A stretch of DNA of 64,000 bases, from NCBI GenBank assembly GCA_027077875.1, contig JALWRB010000216.1:941-64940 (forward strand). Direction: 5' to 3'. Below the pieces are notes generated by a model. That model saw only the letters and a program-made list of their open reading frames with translations. It searched no databases and was not told the DNA's origin. How positions within the stretch are numbered: position 1 is the first letter of the stretch; every line of letters begins with the position of its first letter. This document shows positions 40,298 through 49,767 of the stretch, piece by piece. The position numbers and the translations under genes were made by a program. This DNA is from Candidatus Heimdallarchaeota archaeon (lineage in GTDB: Archaea; Asgardarchaeota; Heimdallarchaeia; Heimdallarchaeales; Kariarchaeaceae).

Positions 40298-41713
40298 GTG
40301 CCGATGGTTACAGTAAATGAGTCCATCTTGGTAAAGGAAGTTACCGAGAACCAAGATAAAATTCTTTCTCTCTTCAAACTCTCCAGTGGGAGAATTGACT
40401 ATGTAGAGAAGTACTCTGAAAAAGGGGATAAAGCAGGGAAAAAGGAGAAGAGGATCTACCTCGAGGTGAAGGTGTTCAATGACAGTAACCAGCTAGCTGG
40501 TATCGTCTGGTACTTCGGGAAGAACAGAGCATACATCCACGACGTGGACAAGCTTATCGAGAGGAAGCAAACCCAGAAGGTCGATATGATTCTGATTTCC
40601 GAAGAGCAAACCACCTCAGCAGGGAAGAGAAAGCTCAAGGAGAATAAAATCACCATCTACAAGAACTTCGAGGGAATCAAGACCTCCAAGACAAAGAGGC
40701 GAAAGAAGAAAAAAGAGAAAGTAGAGATCAAAGAAGTTGACATTAAGGATGACACCGACATGTCCAAGGTGGCTGAATCAGACCTCCTCTCACATGCAGT
40801 TAAGCTTGTGCAGAGGGTAGAACCAGAGATCATCAAGACTGCAACCATCGAGACTGAAGACGTCTTGATCACAGATGTAAAAGGATATTCATCCAACAAG
40901 TCACTCCTCGCAGTGTACAGGACAATCGACAAGAAGAATGTCGGAGTCAAAGAGGTCAGGAACTTCGTCGGAGAAGTGACCGACCCCACCAATATCACCT
41001 ACGGTCTCATCGGACGTGACAAATTTACACCTGCAGCCAAGAAGACCGCTGAGGAAGCTAAGATCATCACGATCTCACTGAAGCAGGAGCAGGAGGGAGA
41101 GGGTGATCCCCTCACTCAGGAACTTGTCCTCAGACTTGTCAATGGAGCGAAGGAAATCCTCACATACAGAGGCTACCATATCATCAATGAGTCTGACAAG
41201 AGGTATGAGAAACTTGTGGCAGGCAGCGAGAAACTCGGAGCCTACATCATAGCTGAGCGGGATGACGATAAGATAATGGCGCTAATTCCTACGGATGAGG
41301 TCGTTAGGGTCGCAACCGTCAGAGGGTTCTACGAGCAGATGAATGAACTTGACATCTCCAACGGGATGATCATTGCCATCAAGAGGTTCACCTACACCGC
41401 CAACCGTGAGTGCAGGATTCTCAAAATATCTGCTCTCAGAAAGAACCATCCGGTCTTTAACATATTCAACCACATGCTTGTACCAGATCATATAGTCATC
41501 CCCACTGCTGAGATAAGGAATGTCCTACGTACGTACAATTGCAAACTCCATCAGCTCCCCAAGATCTACGAGGACGATCCAGCTGTTGTCATGATTGATG
41601 CCAAGGTTGGGAACGTTATAAAGATCGACAGGGGGAACGATAACTATTCCTACCGGTTAGTCATCCGCAAACCTCACCGAAGAGCTATTGGTGAGGAAGA
41701 TGATTCGGATTGA
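40298..41713 (+). CDS. rpoH: RNA polymerase subunit Rpb5/RpoH homolog. Carries the eukaryote-type N-terminal jaw domain and an additional N-terminal extension.
   Basis: C-terminus NHMLVPDHIVIPTAEIRNVLRTYNCKLHQLPKIYEDDPAVVMIDAKVGNVIKIDRGNDNYSYRLVIRK matches RpoH/Rpb5-C (HELVPKH...LP.I...DPV......G.VVKI.R.S.T.G....YRLVV). The preceding roughly 130 aa (EILTYRGYHI ... NIFNHMLVPDH) parallel the yeast Rpb5 N-domain (EMVKDRGYFI ... NITHHELVPKH). Further upstream are duplicated PD-(D/E)xK-like segments and a K-rich linker. Confidence 0.7.
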   Translation: MPMVTVNESILVKEVTENQDKILSLFKLSSGRIDYVEKYSEKGDKAGKKEKRIYLEVKVFNDSNQLAGIVWYFGKNRAYIHDVDKLIERKQTQKVDMILISEEQTTSAGKRKLKENKITIYKNFEGIKTSKTKRRKKKKEKVEIKEVDIKDDTDMSKVAESDLLSHAVKLVQRVEPEIIKTATIETEDVLITDVKGYSSNKSLLAVYRTIDKKNVGVKEVRNFVGEVTDPTNITYGLIGRDKFTPAAKKTAEEAKIITISLKQEQEGEGDPLTQELVLRLVNGAKEILTYRGYHIINESDKRYEKLVAGSEKLGAYIIAERDDDKIMALIPTDEVVRVATVRGFYEQMNELDISNGMIIAIKRFTYTANRECRILKISALRKNHPVFNIFNHMLVPDHIVIPTAEIRNVLRTYNCKLHQLPKIYEDDPAVVMIDAKVGNVIKIDRGNDNYSYRLVIRKPHRRAIGEEDDSD

Positions 41714-41772
41714 TCAGCAGTTTGTATTGTTGACTCTAATTTAATATATACAGGTGCGAAATTTGGCTTGAA

Positions 41773-42690
41773 TTGTCCCCTATCTCTTCATGTTTCGTCA
41801 CAGGAGCTGCTACTCCTCTTGGTGTTTCGATAATCAAAACCTTGAGAGCACAGAATCTGGATGTGACTTGTTTGGTCAATACAGAGAATCGTAACATTCA
41901 CATCGAGAGGTTGTTCAATCTTGGTGGTAAGATAGTTGAGGGCGATATAAAAGACATACAGACCTATGGTAATTCGATAGAGGGAATTGACTGCGTCATA
42001 CACCTTGATGATCTCAAGTTCGGATCTGAACATGAGCTCATTCAGCACAATGTCAACGGAACTAAAAGCCTTATATCTGCACTATCGGAGGGTACGGTAG
42101 TTATTTTCCCCTCTACATTAGGTGTGTATAACGTTTCATCAGGTGTGGTTCACGAGGGGACAGAAACAAAACCGTCGGATATCTATTCAAGAACAAAAAG
42201 ACTGGCGGAAAACCTGCTGATTAAATCCGACACGATTGTGTCGATTATCATGAGGTTACCATCTATCATCGGGCCGTCTACAGGTGAGGTAGGGGTTTAC
42301 CTCAAGAGGATATTCGCTCGGAGAGTGGTGCCCAGATGTACGGATATGAGGTACGCCTTCCTCCACGAAAGCGATCTCCTCGATTATATTATCACCTCAC
42401 TGTCCCACGAACTACACGAGACAGTGACAATTAATGCAATTGGGGACTACCTTTCCTGTGATGAACTTTACGAAGCCTATACTATGGGAAGTGGCGATGA
42501 AGGTTGGAAACTTAGGATTCCCGAGTGGCTTATAGGCAACCCGCTCAGGAGCCTTCACCCTTATCTCATCGGATTCAAAAACTCAGTAGAATTTGACCTC
42601 TCACTTGCCGAAACAGAGCTGTCATGGGTTCCAGATTACACGAAAAAATCAATTTTTGAGGAACTTGTATCAATAATCGAGGCACTCTAG
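41773..42690 (+). CDS. NAD-dependent epimerase/dehydratase family (extended SDR) protein.
   Basis: N-terminal FVTGAATPLG Rossmann motif. Catalytic YSRTK (YxxxK). Confidence 0.7.
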   Translation: MSPISSCFVTGAATPLGVSIIKTLRAQNLDVTCLVNTENRNIHIERLFNLGGKIVEGDIKDIQTYGNSIEGIDCVIHLDDLKFGSEHELIQHNVNGTKSLISALSEGTVVIFPSTLGVYNVSSGVVHEGTETKPSDIYSRTKRLAENLLIKSDTIVSIIMRLPSIIGPSTGEVGVYLKRIFARRVVPRCTDMRYAFLHESDLLDYIITSLSHELHETVTINAIGDYLSCDELYEAYTMGSGDEGWKLRIPEWLIGNPLRSLHPYLIGFKNSVEFDLSLAETELSWVPDYTKKSIFEELVSIIEAL

Positions 42691-45434
42691 AATATGTTCT
42701 TGTACTTAGTATTTCTCTTGACAAACTTCATCACCTCGGAGAAGGCAAGAAGTGAGAGGGACATAATTACGACCCACGCCCATTCTAAATAGCTCAAGGG
42801 TACCGTCTCGAAGAGTGTGTGAATGATGTCTGTCTTTTGATTCGTCAGCATCAGCCAGATGTCATCTCCTTGAACCACAACGATCTGTAACAGAATAGAG
42901 ATAATTATCGTGTACAGCAAGGTCTTGTTCTTGACTGCGTTTGCATTAAGAATTGAGAGATGGCTTTCCCTCACGGCCATTGCATTGACGAATTGAGCAG
43001 TCGCGAGAATAGTGAATGCGATTGTTCGAGCTTTGAACAGCTCTCCTTGGACACCGAAAACTGGCGTTGCATAGAAGAGATAATATGATCCGAGGGTGAT
43101 GATTGACAACCACAATCCAATTAGAAAGATATAGCTCATCCTTGACTTTGCTAGGAGGTTCTCTTTTGGATCCCTTGGTTTCCTCAACATGATGTCGTCC
43201 GATGTCGGATCCACACCGAGAGCTATTGCAGGTACTCCGTCCGTGACGAGATTAACCCAAAGAATTTGCACTGGAATTAACGGTGTGGGAAGACCCAGCA
43301 TAATGCCGACAAAGATGGTAAAGATTTCAGCGGTGTTAGATGACAACATGTACCTGATGAACTTGGTCATGTTGTCGTATATTCCTCTTCCTTCCTTAAC
43401 TGCACTTACAATCGTGGTGAAGTTATCATCTTCCAAGACCATCTCCGCTGTCTCTTTGGTGACATCAGTTCCTGAACCCATTGCTATCCCAATATCCGCA
43501 CCTTTAAGTGCTGGTGCGTCATTTACACCATCACCTGTCATTGCTACGATGTGACCTTTATTCTTCAAGGCCCTAACGATTCTGAGTTTATGAGTGGGTG
43601 AGATCCTCGCAAATACCGCGATCTTATCAATCTCCTCCTCAAGTTCATCGTCACTCATCTCGTCGAGCTGAATGCCGTTAATTGCGATCGAGTTGTCATC
43701 TGCAATACCAATCTCTCTCCCTATGGCAACAGCGGTATTTATATGATCTCCTGTCACCATTATGACATTGATCCCAGCAGTCCTACAGTCTGCAACTGCC
43801 TCTTTAACTCCTGGTTTTGGTGGATCGATCATCCCCATAAGTCCGGTGAGTACGAGTTTCTGTTCAAACTCATAGATGTTGTACGATGATGCTTTGAGCT
43901 CATAGTATCCGAATGCTAATACCCTCAGGGCCTCATTGGCGAGCAGGTCAATCTCCGCTTGAATCTCCTCTCTTATCGCATCGGTTAATTCAGTCGAACC
44001 ATCTCCCAAGTCGACACTTTTCGCCATCTGTAGAAGGACATCCGGCGCTCCTTTTGTGAAAGAGATTTTCGTGTCACCATTCTCGACCATGACTGTCATT
44101 CGTTTCCTCTCACTGTCAAACGGGATCTCGTCGATACGGCGGTACTTCTCCGAGAGATTCTTCCGATCCATACCTATCTCGTCCACAGCTCGGAGGAGGG
44201 CAAGCTCTGTCGGATTACCGAACTCCCTGTGGTCGTCGAGGACAGAGTTATTGCAAAGTGCTGCACTCTTGTACAGCATCTTGATATTCCTCTGCTCAAG
44301 CCTCTCTCCTTTGATATCCTCTGGAGAGAACACGGTGAAGTGATGATCCCCTTGAGGATTGAAGGTAACGACCTTTTTCACCGTCATCTGATTAATGGTG
44401 AGGGTTCCTGTCTTGTCTGTGCAGATTGTCGTCACAGAACCAAGAGACTCTACCGCTGGTAGTTTCTTCACAATTGCATTCTTCTTGGCCATTCGCTGGA
44501 CGCCAAGGGCCAGAGCTAACGTGACGACAATAACCAGTCCCTCCGGGATTGCGGCCACTGCAAGGGTGACTGCAATCAGGAGAATCTCCTCAAATTCGTA
44601 GTTAGCCACGACGACACCCCAAAGAACCATAAGGGCCATCATGCCCAGAATAACATAGGATAACCTTTTGCTGAATTCGTCGAGTTTCACTTGAGTGGGT
44701 GTGGGCTCCTTCTCAATCTCTTGCACATTCTCCGCTATTTTACCCATCTCGGTCTGCATACCTGTCCGAACCACAACTGCTTTTCCCCTCCCAGATACGA
44801 CATGTGTTCCCATGAAGAGAAGATTCACCTGATCTCCGAGGGGTGCATTGGGCTGTACCTTGGTGAAGGAGGACTTCTGGACTTCAAGACTCTCACCCGT
44901 GAGTTGAGCCTCTTCTGTTCTGAGGTTGATTGACTCGATGAGCCTCGCATCTGCAGGTACTCGATCTCCCTGTTTGATAATAATAATGTCACCTGGAACG
45001 AGCTCCTTGGACGGAATTTCTAACTCTTCATTGTCTCTCTGTACGTGGCTAAGGTGTGAGACCATCTTTTTCAGGGCGTCGATAGCCTTATCTGCTCGCC
45101 ATTCTTGATAGGTCCCGACAAAGGCATTGATAATCAGAATGACCGCTATCAATATTGTATCCACAAAGTCTCCTTCTTTGAGCCCGATAACCCCACTAAC
45201 AATTGCTGCTCCTATCAGTGTCCAGACAAGAATATCCTTGAACTGGGAAATGAATATTTCAAGTACCGTAGTTTTCTTCCCTTCAATTAGCTCATTTGTC
45301 TGGTAGTGTTGGAGTCTGATACTAGCCTCCTGAGTCGAAAGTCCTTCTGGAGATGTCTTGTAATACTCCATGACCTCTTCTTTGGACATTGCATGGAAGT
45401 CAGCTTGTTCATCGGGATAACTCATTCTATTCAC
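42687..45434 (-). CDS. P-type Ca2+-transporting ATPase, SERCA/PMR1-like.
   Basis: DKTGTLT phosphorylation site; TGDHINTA; MTGDGVNDAPALK; 10-TM topology; 915 aa. Confidence 0.85.
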   Translation of the reverse strand: MNRMSYPDEQADFHAMSKEEVMEYYKTSPEGLSTQEASIRLQHYQTNELIEGKKTTVLEIFISQFKDILVWTLIGAAIVSGVIGLKEGDFVDTILIAVILIINAFVGTYQEWRADKAIDALKKMVSHLSHVQRDNEELEIPSKELVPGDIIIIKQGDRVPADARLIESINLRTEEAQLTGESLEVQKSSFTKVQPNAPLGDQVNLLFMGTHVVSGRGKAVVVRTGMQTEMGKIAENVQEIEKEPTPTQVKLDEFSKRLSYVILGMMALMVLWGVVVANYEFEEILLIAVTLAVAAIPEGLVIVVTLALALGVQRMAKKNAIVKKLPAVESLGSVTTICTDKTGTLTINQMTVKKVVTFNPQGDHHFTVFSPEDIKGERLEQRNIKMLYKSAALCNNSVLDDHREFGNPTELALLRAVDEIGMDRKNLSEKYRRIDEIPFDSERKRMTVMVENGDTKISFTKGAPDVLLQMAKSVDLGDGSTELTDAIREEIQAEIDLLANEALRVLAFGYYELKASSYNIYEFEQKLVLTGLMGMIDPPKPGVKEAVADCRTAGINVIMVTGDHINTAVAIGREIGIADDNSIAINGIQLDEMSDDELEEEIDKIAVFARISPTHKLRIVRALKNKGHIVAMTGDGVNDAPALKGADIGIAMGSGTDVTKETAEMVLEDDNFTTIVSAVKEGRGIYDNMTKFIRYMLSSNTAEIFTIFVGIMLGLPTPLIPVQILWVNLVTDGVPAIALGVDPTSDDIMLRKPRDPKENLLAKSRMSYIFLIGLWLSIITLGSYYLFYATPVFGVQGELFKARTIAFTILATAQFVNAMAVRESHLSILNANAVKNKTLLYTIIISILLQIVVVQGDDIWLMLTNQKTDIIHTLFETVPLSYLEWAWVVIMSLSLLAFSEVMKFVKRNTKYKNIF

Positions 45435-45638
45435 CTCTATCCCTAACTGATTCAGTACCGATAGTGGTACGATTTGCTAACATACAAATATTTGAAATTT
45501 TTGTATCTCCAGCCGATTTATCGGCTGTTTTAGTAGGGTAAGGTGGAAATTTCAATAGTTAATTTTAACTGATGACTAATTAAATAATTTCGATTGCGCA
45601 TAATCAAATAGGACTCATAAAATTTGTAAATTGAGATT

Positions 45639-46322
45639 CTAAGGGTTTACTATTTTTATTTTCTTGGAGTAATATTCTCCTAGATGGTTGGTTGAGTTAA
45701 GGTCAACGATTGTCCATTTCCTATCGTCATATCGAATACGCGTAATTGAACAGTTGCCAAGCTTCATCCCAATAATGTCTGAGTGCTTTACACCCTTAAC
45801 GAACCCTATGAAGAGTCTGATTGGTCCTCCGTGGGATACTACCGCTATATTTGTTCCATTTTCTGCGGATTGAACAATCCTGTTGAATGTCCGCATCGTC
45901 CTCTCGAAGACGTCATCAAGGGACTCCCCGTGGTTTTTAATCATTGATCTCAATGAGTTGAGAGACGATATCTCAGAGTTTCCCAACTTCGACCCAAAGA
46001 CCCTTCCCTCCAACTCCCCCCCATATCCCTCCCTGAGGTCCTTGGTGATATGCAGTGATGAGTTGGCTTGCTCCTTCCATATGATCCTCGCGGTCTCTGC
46101 TGCTCGGCTTAGATCGGACGTATAGATTCTGTCGAGATTTATGCTTCTAAGTTCCTTAGCCGTCAGAATCGCCTGATTCTTTCCATGAGTATTTAATGGG
46201 ACGTCCTGATGACCTTGGAACCTTCGGATCATATTCCAGTCCGTCACCCCATGCCTGATTATGTAGAAGTTGATGTTCAACACCAGATGGATAGATAGGG
46301 TCTTTAGAAGAATTCCGATCAT
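45639..46322 (-). CDS. Histidine phosphatase (phosphoglycerate mutase) family protein.
   Basis: N-terminal IIRHGVTDWN (RHG motif). A second His lies in VSHGGPI. Confidence 0.7.
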   Translation of the reverse strand: MIGILLKTLSIHLVLNINFYIIRHGVTDWNMIRRFQGHQDVPLNTHGKNQAILTAKELRSINLDRIYTSDLSRAAETARIIWKEQANSSLHITKDLREGYGGELEGRVFGSKLGNSEISSLNSLRSMIKNHGESLDDVFERTMRTFNRIVQSAENGTNIAVVSHGGPIRLFIGFVKGVKHSDIIGMKLGNCSITRIRYDDRKWTIVDLNSTNHLGEYYSKKIKIVNP

Positions 46323-46395
46323 GGGTTGGAAAATTAATTTCCAGAAGGTTTAGTATCGAACATATATTTTTAAGGAGTAAAGCCCAGATAAGGTC

Positions 46396-46746
46396 ATGAA
46401 AGGAGACATTCACATCCATCCCGAGCATGACCTCCCTGACCACGTGACAGAGACAATCAGGTTGATGGGAAAGAAATGGGCTCTGGTTGTTCTACATACT
46501 CTCTCCCATTCTCCTGCATCGTTCGGTGAATTGAAAACCAAGATCGTTGGAATCTCTGCATCGGTACTTTCAGATCTCCTTAGCGAATTCTCCAAGAACA
46601 ATCTTGTTGAGAAGAGATCGACTGGTCCAAATCAGCACATGTATTTTATAGGAGAATTCGGACCACTTCTTTGTGAACTGGTAGACAATCTGGACAGATT
46701 CGGAATGAAGATGATGGACGTTCGCCCCTCAATTTCCATACAGTAA
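46396..46746 (+). CDS. HxlR-type winged-helix transcriptional regulator.
   Basis: GKKWALVVLHTLSHSPASFGELKTKIVGISASVLSDLLSEFSKNNLVEKR fits the HxlR/DUF24 pattern. Confidence 0.6.
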   Translation: MKGDIHIHPEHDLPDHVTETIRLMGKKWALVVLHTLSHSPASFGELKTKIVGISASVLSDLLSEFSKNNLVEKRSTGPNQHMYFIGEFGPLLCELVDNLDRFGMKMMDVRPSISIQ

Positions 46747-46792
46747 GGTTCTAGACTTCAGACTTTATTAATCGGGTAGACCCCAATGAGGT

Positions 46793-48094
46793 ATGTACAA
46801 CGGGATGGAATTTGCCGAGAGAAGAAAGCGTTTCTTCTCACATATGGAGAGCAACTCAATCGCCATTCTCACGAGCAACGACACGAGTACTATGAGCAAT
46901 GATGTAGAGTATTACTATAGGCAGAACTCCGACCTCTACTATCTATCGGGTTTCAAGGAACCCAAAACTGTTCTAATCTTCGAGAAAAACGATAAGGAGC
47001 AGAAATTCACCATGGTCGTCCCTCCACGCGATCCGGAGTTCGAGACTTGGAATGGTAGAAGAGCTGGTCTGGAGGGAGCTATTTCAATATATGGTGCTGA
47101 TGAGAGCTTCAGTAACGAGGATCTCGAAGAGGTTCTATCCGAGAAACTCCCCAACTATGAGACGGTATACTACGAGACAGAACGTAGCAAGAAGATGGAT
47201 GGGATCATTCTAGGTTTGATTGCCAAGGCTTACAAGGCCAAACGCAAACCAAAGACTGGTCCCCATACCATTATCAACCCCACATTGGTCATTGAGAAGA
47301 TGAGGACCAAGAAGAGTGCATATGAAATCGAATTACTGAAGAGAACAAATCAGATTAGTATTGAGGCTCACAGAGCAGCAATCAGGGAGACCAGACCCGG
47401 AATGATGGAGTATGAAATAGAGGCCATATATCAGTATCATTTCCTTAAGAATGGGGCTCGAAGACCTGCGTATACATCGATTGTAGGATCGGGTGTGAAC
47501 GCAACAATCCTCCACTACATCGAGAATAGTGACAGAGTAGAGAACGGTGACCTTATACTCGCAGATTGTGGATCTGAATACCAATACTATGCTGCCGACA
47601 TCACCAGGACATGGCCTGCCAACGGGAAATTCACTGAGGCGCAAAAGGAAGTATACCAAATCGTTCTAGATGCACAGAATGAATGTATTGCCATGTGCCG
47701 CCCAGGGGTAAAATTCTCCGATATCATGGATAAGTCCATTCGCATACTCACCGAAGGGATGGTTAAGCTCGGTCTTCTGCAAGGGGACTTAGATGAACTT
47801 ATAGAGAATAAGGACTACAGGAGATTCTTTATGCACGGTCTCGGTCACTGGCTGGGGATTGACACGCACGATACCTCCCGCATCTCCCTCAAGGAGAGCG
47901 TGCTTGAACCCGGACATGTGTTCACGATCGAACCAGGACTCTATATTCCTACAGACGACGATATTGAGGAGAAATACCGTGGAATCGGTGTCCGGATTGA
48001 GGACAATATACTCATCACCGAGGACGGTCACGAGAATCTAACAGCTAGTTTGGAGAAGGAAATTCCTGATATTGAGAAACTTATGTCTCCATAG
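46793..48094 (+). CDS. pepP: Xaa-Pro aminopeptidase (M24B).
   Basis: N-terminal AMP_N-like domain. HGLGHWLGIDTHD, EPG and metal-ligand pattern in the C-terminal pita-bread domain. Confidence 0.8.
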   Translation: MYNGMEFAERRKRFFSHMESNSIAILTSNDTSTMSNDVEYYYRQNSDLYYLSGFKEPKTVLIFEKNDKEQKFTMVVPPRDPEFETWNGRRAGLEGAISIYGADESFSNEDLEEVLSEKLPNYETVYYETERSKKMDGIILGLIAKAYKAKRKPKTGPHTIINPTLVIEKMRTKKSAYEIELLKRTNQISIEAHRAAIRETRPGMMEYEIEAIYQYHFLKNGARRPAYTSIVGSGVNATILHYIENSDRVENGDLILADCGSEYQYYAADITRTWPANGKFTEAQKEVYQIVLDAQNECIAMCRPGVKFSDIMDKSIRILTEGMVKLGLLQGDLDELIENKDYRRFFMHGLGHWLGIDTHDTSRISLKESVLEPGHVFTIEPGLYIPTDDDIEEKYRGIGVRIEDNILITEDGHENLTASLEKEIPDIEKLMSP

Positions 48095-48368
48095 TCTCCA
48101 GCTGGGCAAGAGCTTCCTCTCCCAACTCTTTTGTAATAATCGTGTTGTCCATCGAGAACCTGATTGCAGTCATGATTATCTCAACATCACCCAGTGCTTC
48201 CACAAGCATATTTACCCTGAAATCCATTGGCATAGCTGTATTTCCCAAGATGTTCTTCACCATCATGGTGTAGATTTGGAGATCGTCGAGCTCGGCAGCC
48301 TGCTCTTCTCTCTCCTTGGCCATCTCCGAAAAATCAGGTGCCTTGCTCATATTCAAAACTAAACGCAA
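48081..48368 (-). CDS. Small hypothetical protein.
   Basis: 95-aa ORF in a tight gap between convergent genes. No recognisable domain. Confidence 0.3.
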   Translation of the reverse strand: MRLVLNMSKAPDFSEMAKEREEQAAELDDLQIYTMMVKNILGNTAMPMDFRVNMLVEALGDVEIIMTAIRFSMDNTIITKELGEEALAQLETMET

Positions 48369-48502
48369 CTTCTGATATTAAAAATGTACTTACTACAAGA
48401 GGTATAAATTAGATTTTGAATATCTACTAATTATATAGCTTTCTCTGCTTTCTCACTACATCGAAGTTTTTTGTTCATGTTGGAAAAATACGTCACTGTA
48501 GC

Positions 48503-49762
48503 TTATTCGGGAGGGTGCAGTACCCTATCCTTCGCAATCCTTGAGAGGTAGTTCAAGGATGGTCTGGGCTTTCTTTCCATGGTCTCCAAATCCACTTCAA
48601 TTAGTCCAAATTTCGGATCGTATCCTTCCGCCCACTCAAAGTTGTCGAATGCACTCCAGTAGGTGTAACCAATAATATTTGCACCTTGGTTAATTGCCCT
48701 TAGTACCTGTTCGAGATGCTGGTAGATGTACTCCCGTCTCCACCGATCATCTTCGGTAGCAATCCCGTTCTCAGTTATGACGATGGGGAGCTTGACCCTC
48801 TTGGACATTCTCATCAGTACATTGTACAGACCTTCTGGATAAACCTCCCAACCTGTCTGTGTCAATCGTCGTTTCTTCCTTGGATCCTTGGAATCTGATA
48901 GACCTTGAACGCCAAGTCCGCAATATTGTGGAATATAGTAATTCAAACCAATGAAGTCCCCGGGGTCTCCTTCGTCTATTTTCTTACCATAGATTGGGGT
49001 TTTTTTCTTCATGAATTTCCTCAGAAAAGAACCTTGGAATGAGTAGTCTGAAATGACCTTGACCAGTTGGTCGAAGGGACTCCACCTACGAAGAGCGACG
49101 AAATCCATCATGTTCTTCACGAGCCCAACTTTAGCTTTAGGGTCGAGTTCGCGAATGATACCCACTGCGATAAAATGTGCTCTTGTGATATTCTCCGAGA
49201 CTCGTACAAAGCTCCTGAAGCTTGTTTTACCCGGGGAGTGCCACCCCTTGAGGTAGCCCAGTGTGGCATAGATGTAGGGCTCATTTACGGTATTGTAGTA
49301 CTCGATAAGATCCCCCAGTTCCTCAACTGCGGTTCTCACCCAGAATCTCCAGTGCTCTAGGTTCTCCTTCTTCTCGAAACCACCCATCTCCATGAACCAC
49401 TGGGGTGTAGTGAAATGATGCAAGGTCACATAGGGTTCCATGCCATTGTCTCTGATTGACTGAATAACCTCCCTGTAGTGCTCTACTTCCTTTCTATTCA
49501 CCTCACCAGGTGAGGGGATAACCCTAGACCATTCTATCGATATACGGTGGTGGAAGAACCCACGGCCAGCCAGAAGTTTGTAGTCCTCTTTGAATCTATT
49601 GTACTGGTCGATCGCTTCCCCTGAGACCTGCCCACCTTCAATGTTTCCCTCAATCTGTTCGAACTGCCACCAATCGTTTTTCGTATTCCCTCCTTCAGCT
49701 TGGTGTGCGGATATGGCAGTTCCAATAAAGAATTCTTCTGGAAACTGATTTTGATCAGTCAT
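48503..49762 (-). CDS. Glycoside hydrolase family 1 beta-glucosidase/beta-galactosidase.
   Basis: Nucleophile motif ITENG. Acid/base NEP in TVNEPY. LNYY. N-terminal FPEEFFIGTAISAHQAEGG. Confidence 0.85.
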   Translation of the reverse strand: MTDQNQFPEEFFIGTAISAHQAEGGNTKNDWWQFEQIEGNIEGGQVSGEAIDQYNRFKEDYKLLAGRGFFHHRISIEWSRVIPSPGEVNRKEVEHYREVIQSIRDNGMEPYVTLHHFTTPQWFMEMGGFEKKENLEHWRFWVRTAVEELGDLIEYYNTVNEPYIYATLGYLKGWHSPGKTSFRSFVRVSENITRAHFIAVGIIRELDPKAKVGLVKNMMDFVALRRWSPFDQLVKVISDYSFQGSFLRKFMKKKTPIYGKKIDEGDPGDFIGLNYYIPQYCGLGVQGLSDSKDPRKKRRLTQTGWEVYPEGLYNVLMRMSKRVKLPIVITENGIATEDDRWRREYIYQHLEQVLRAINQGANIIGYTYWSAFDNFEWAEGYDPKFGLIEVDLETMERKPRPSLNYLSRIAKDRVLHPPE

Positions 49763-49767
49763 TACTA

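Noticed and set aside
48081-48368. Possible Roadblock/LC7 (MglB-like) partner of the small GTPase.
   Set aside because: Its size (95 aa) is right, but the sequence does not show a convincing Roadblock alpha-beta-beta-alpha pattern. It is also 43 kb from the GTPase. Left as hypothetical.
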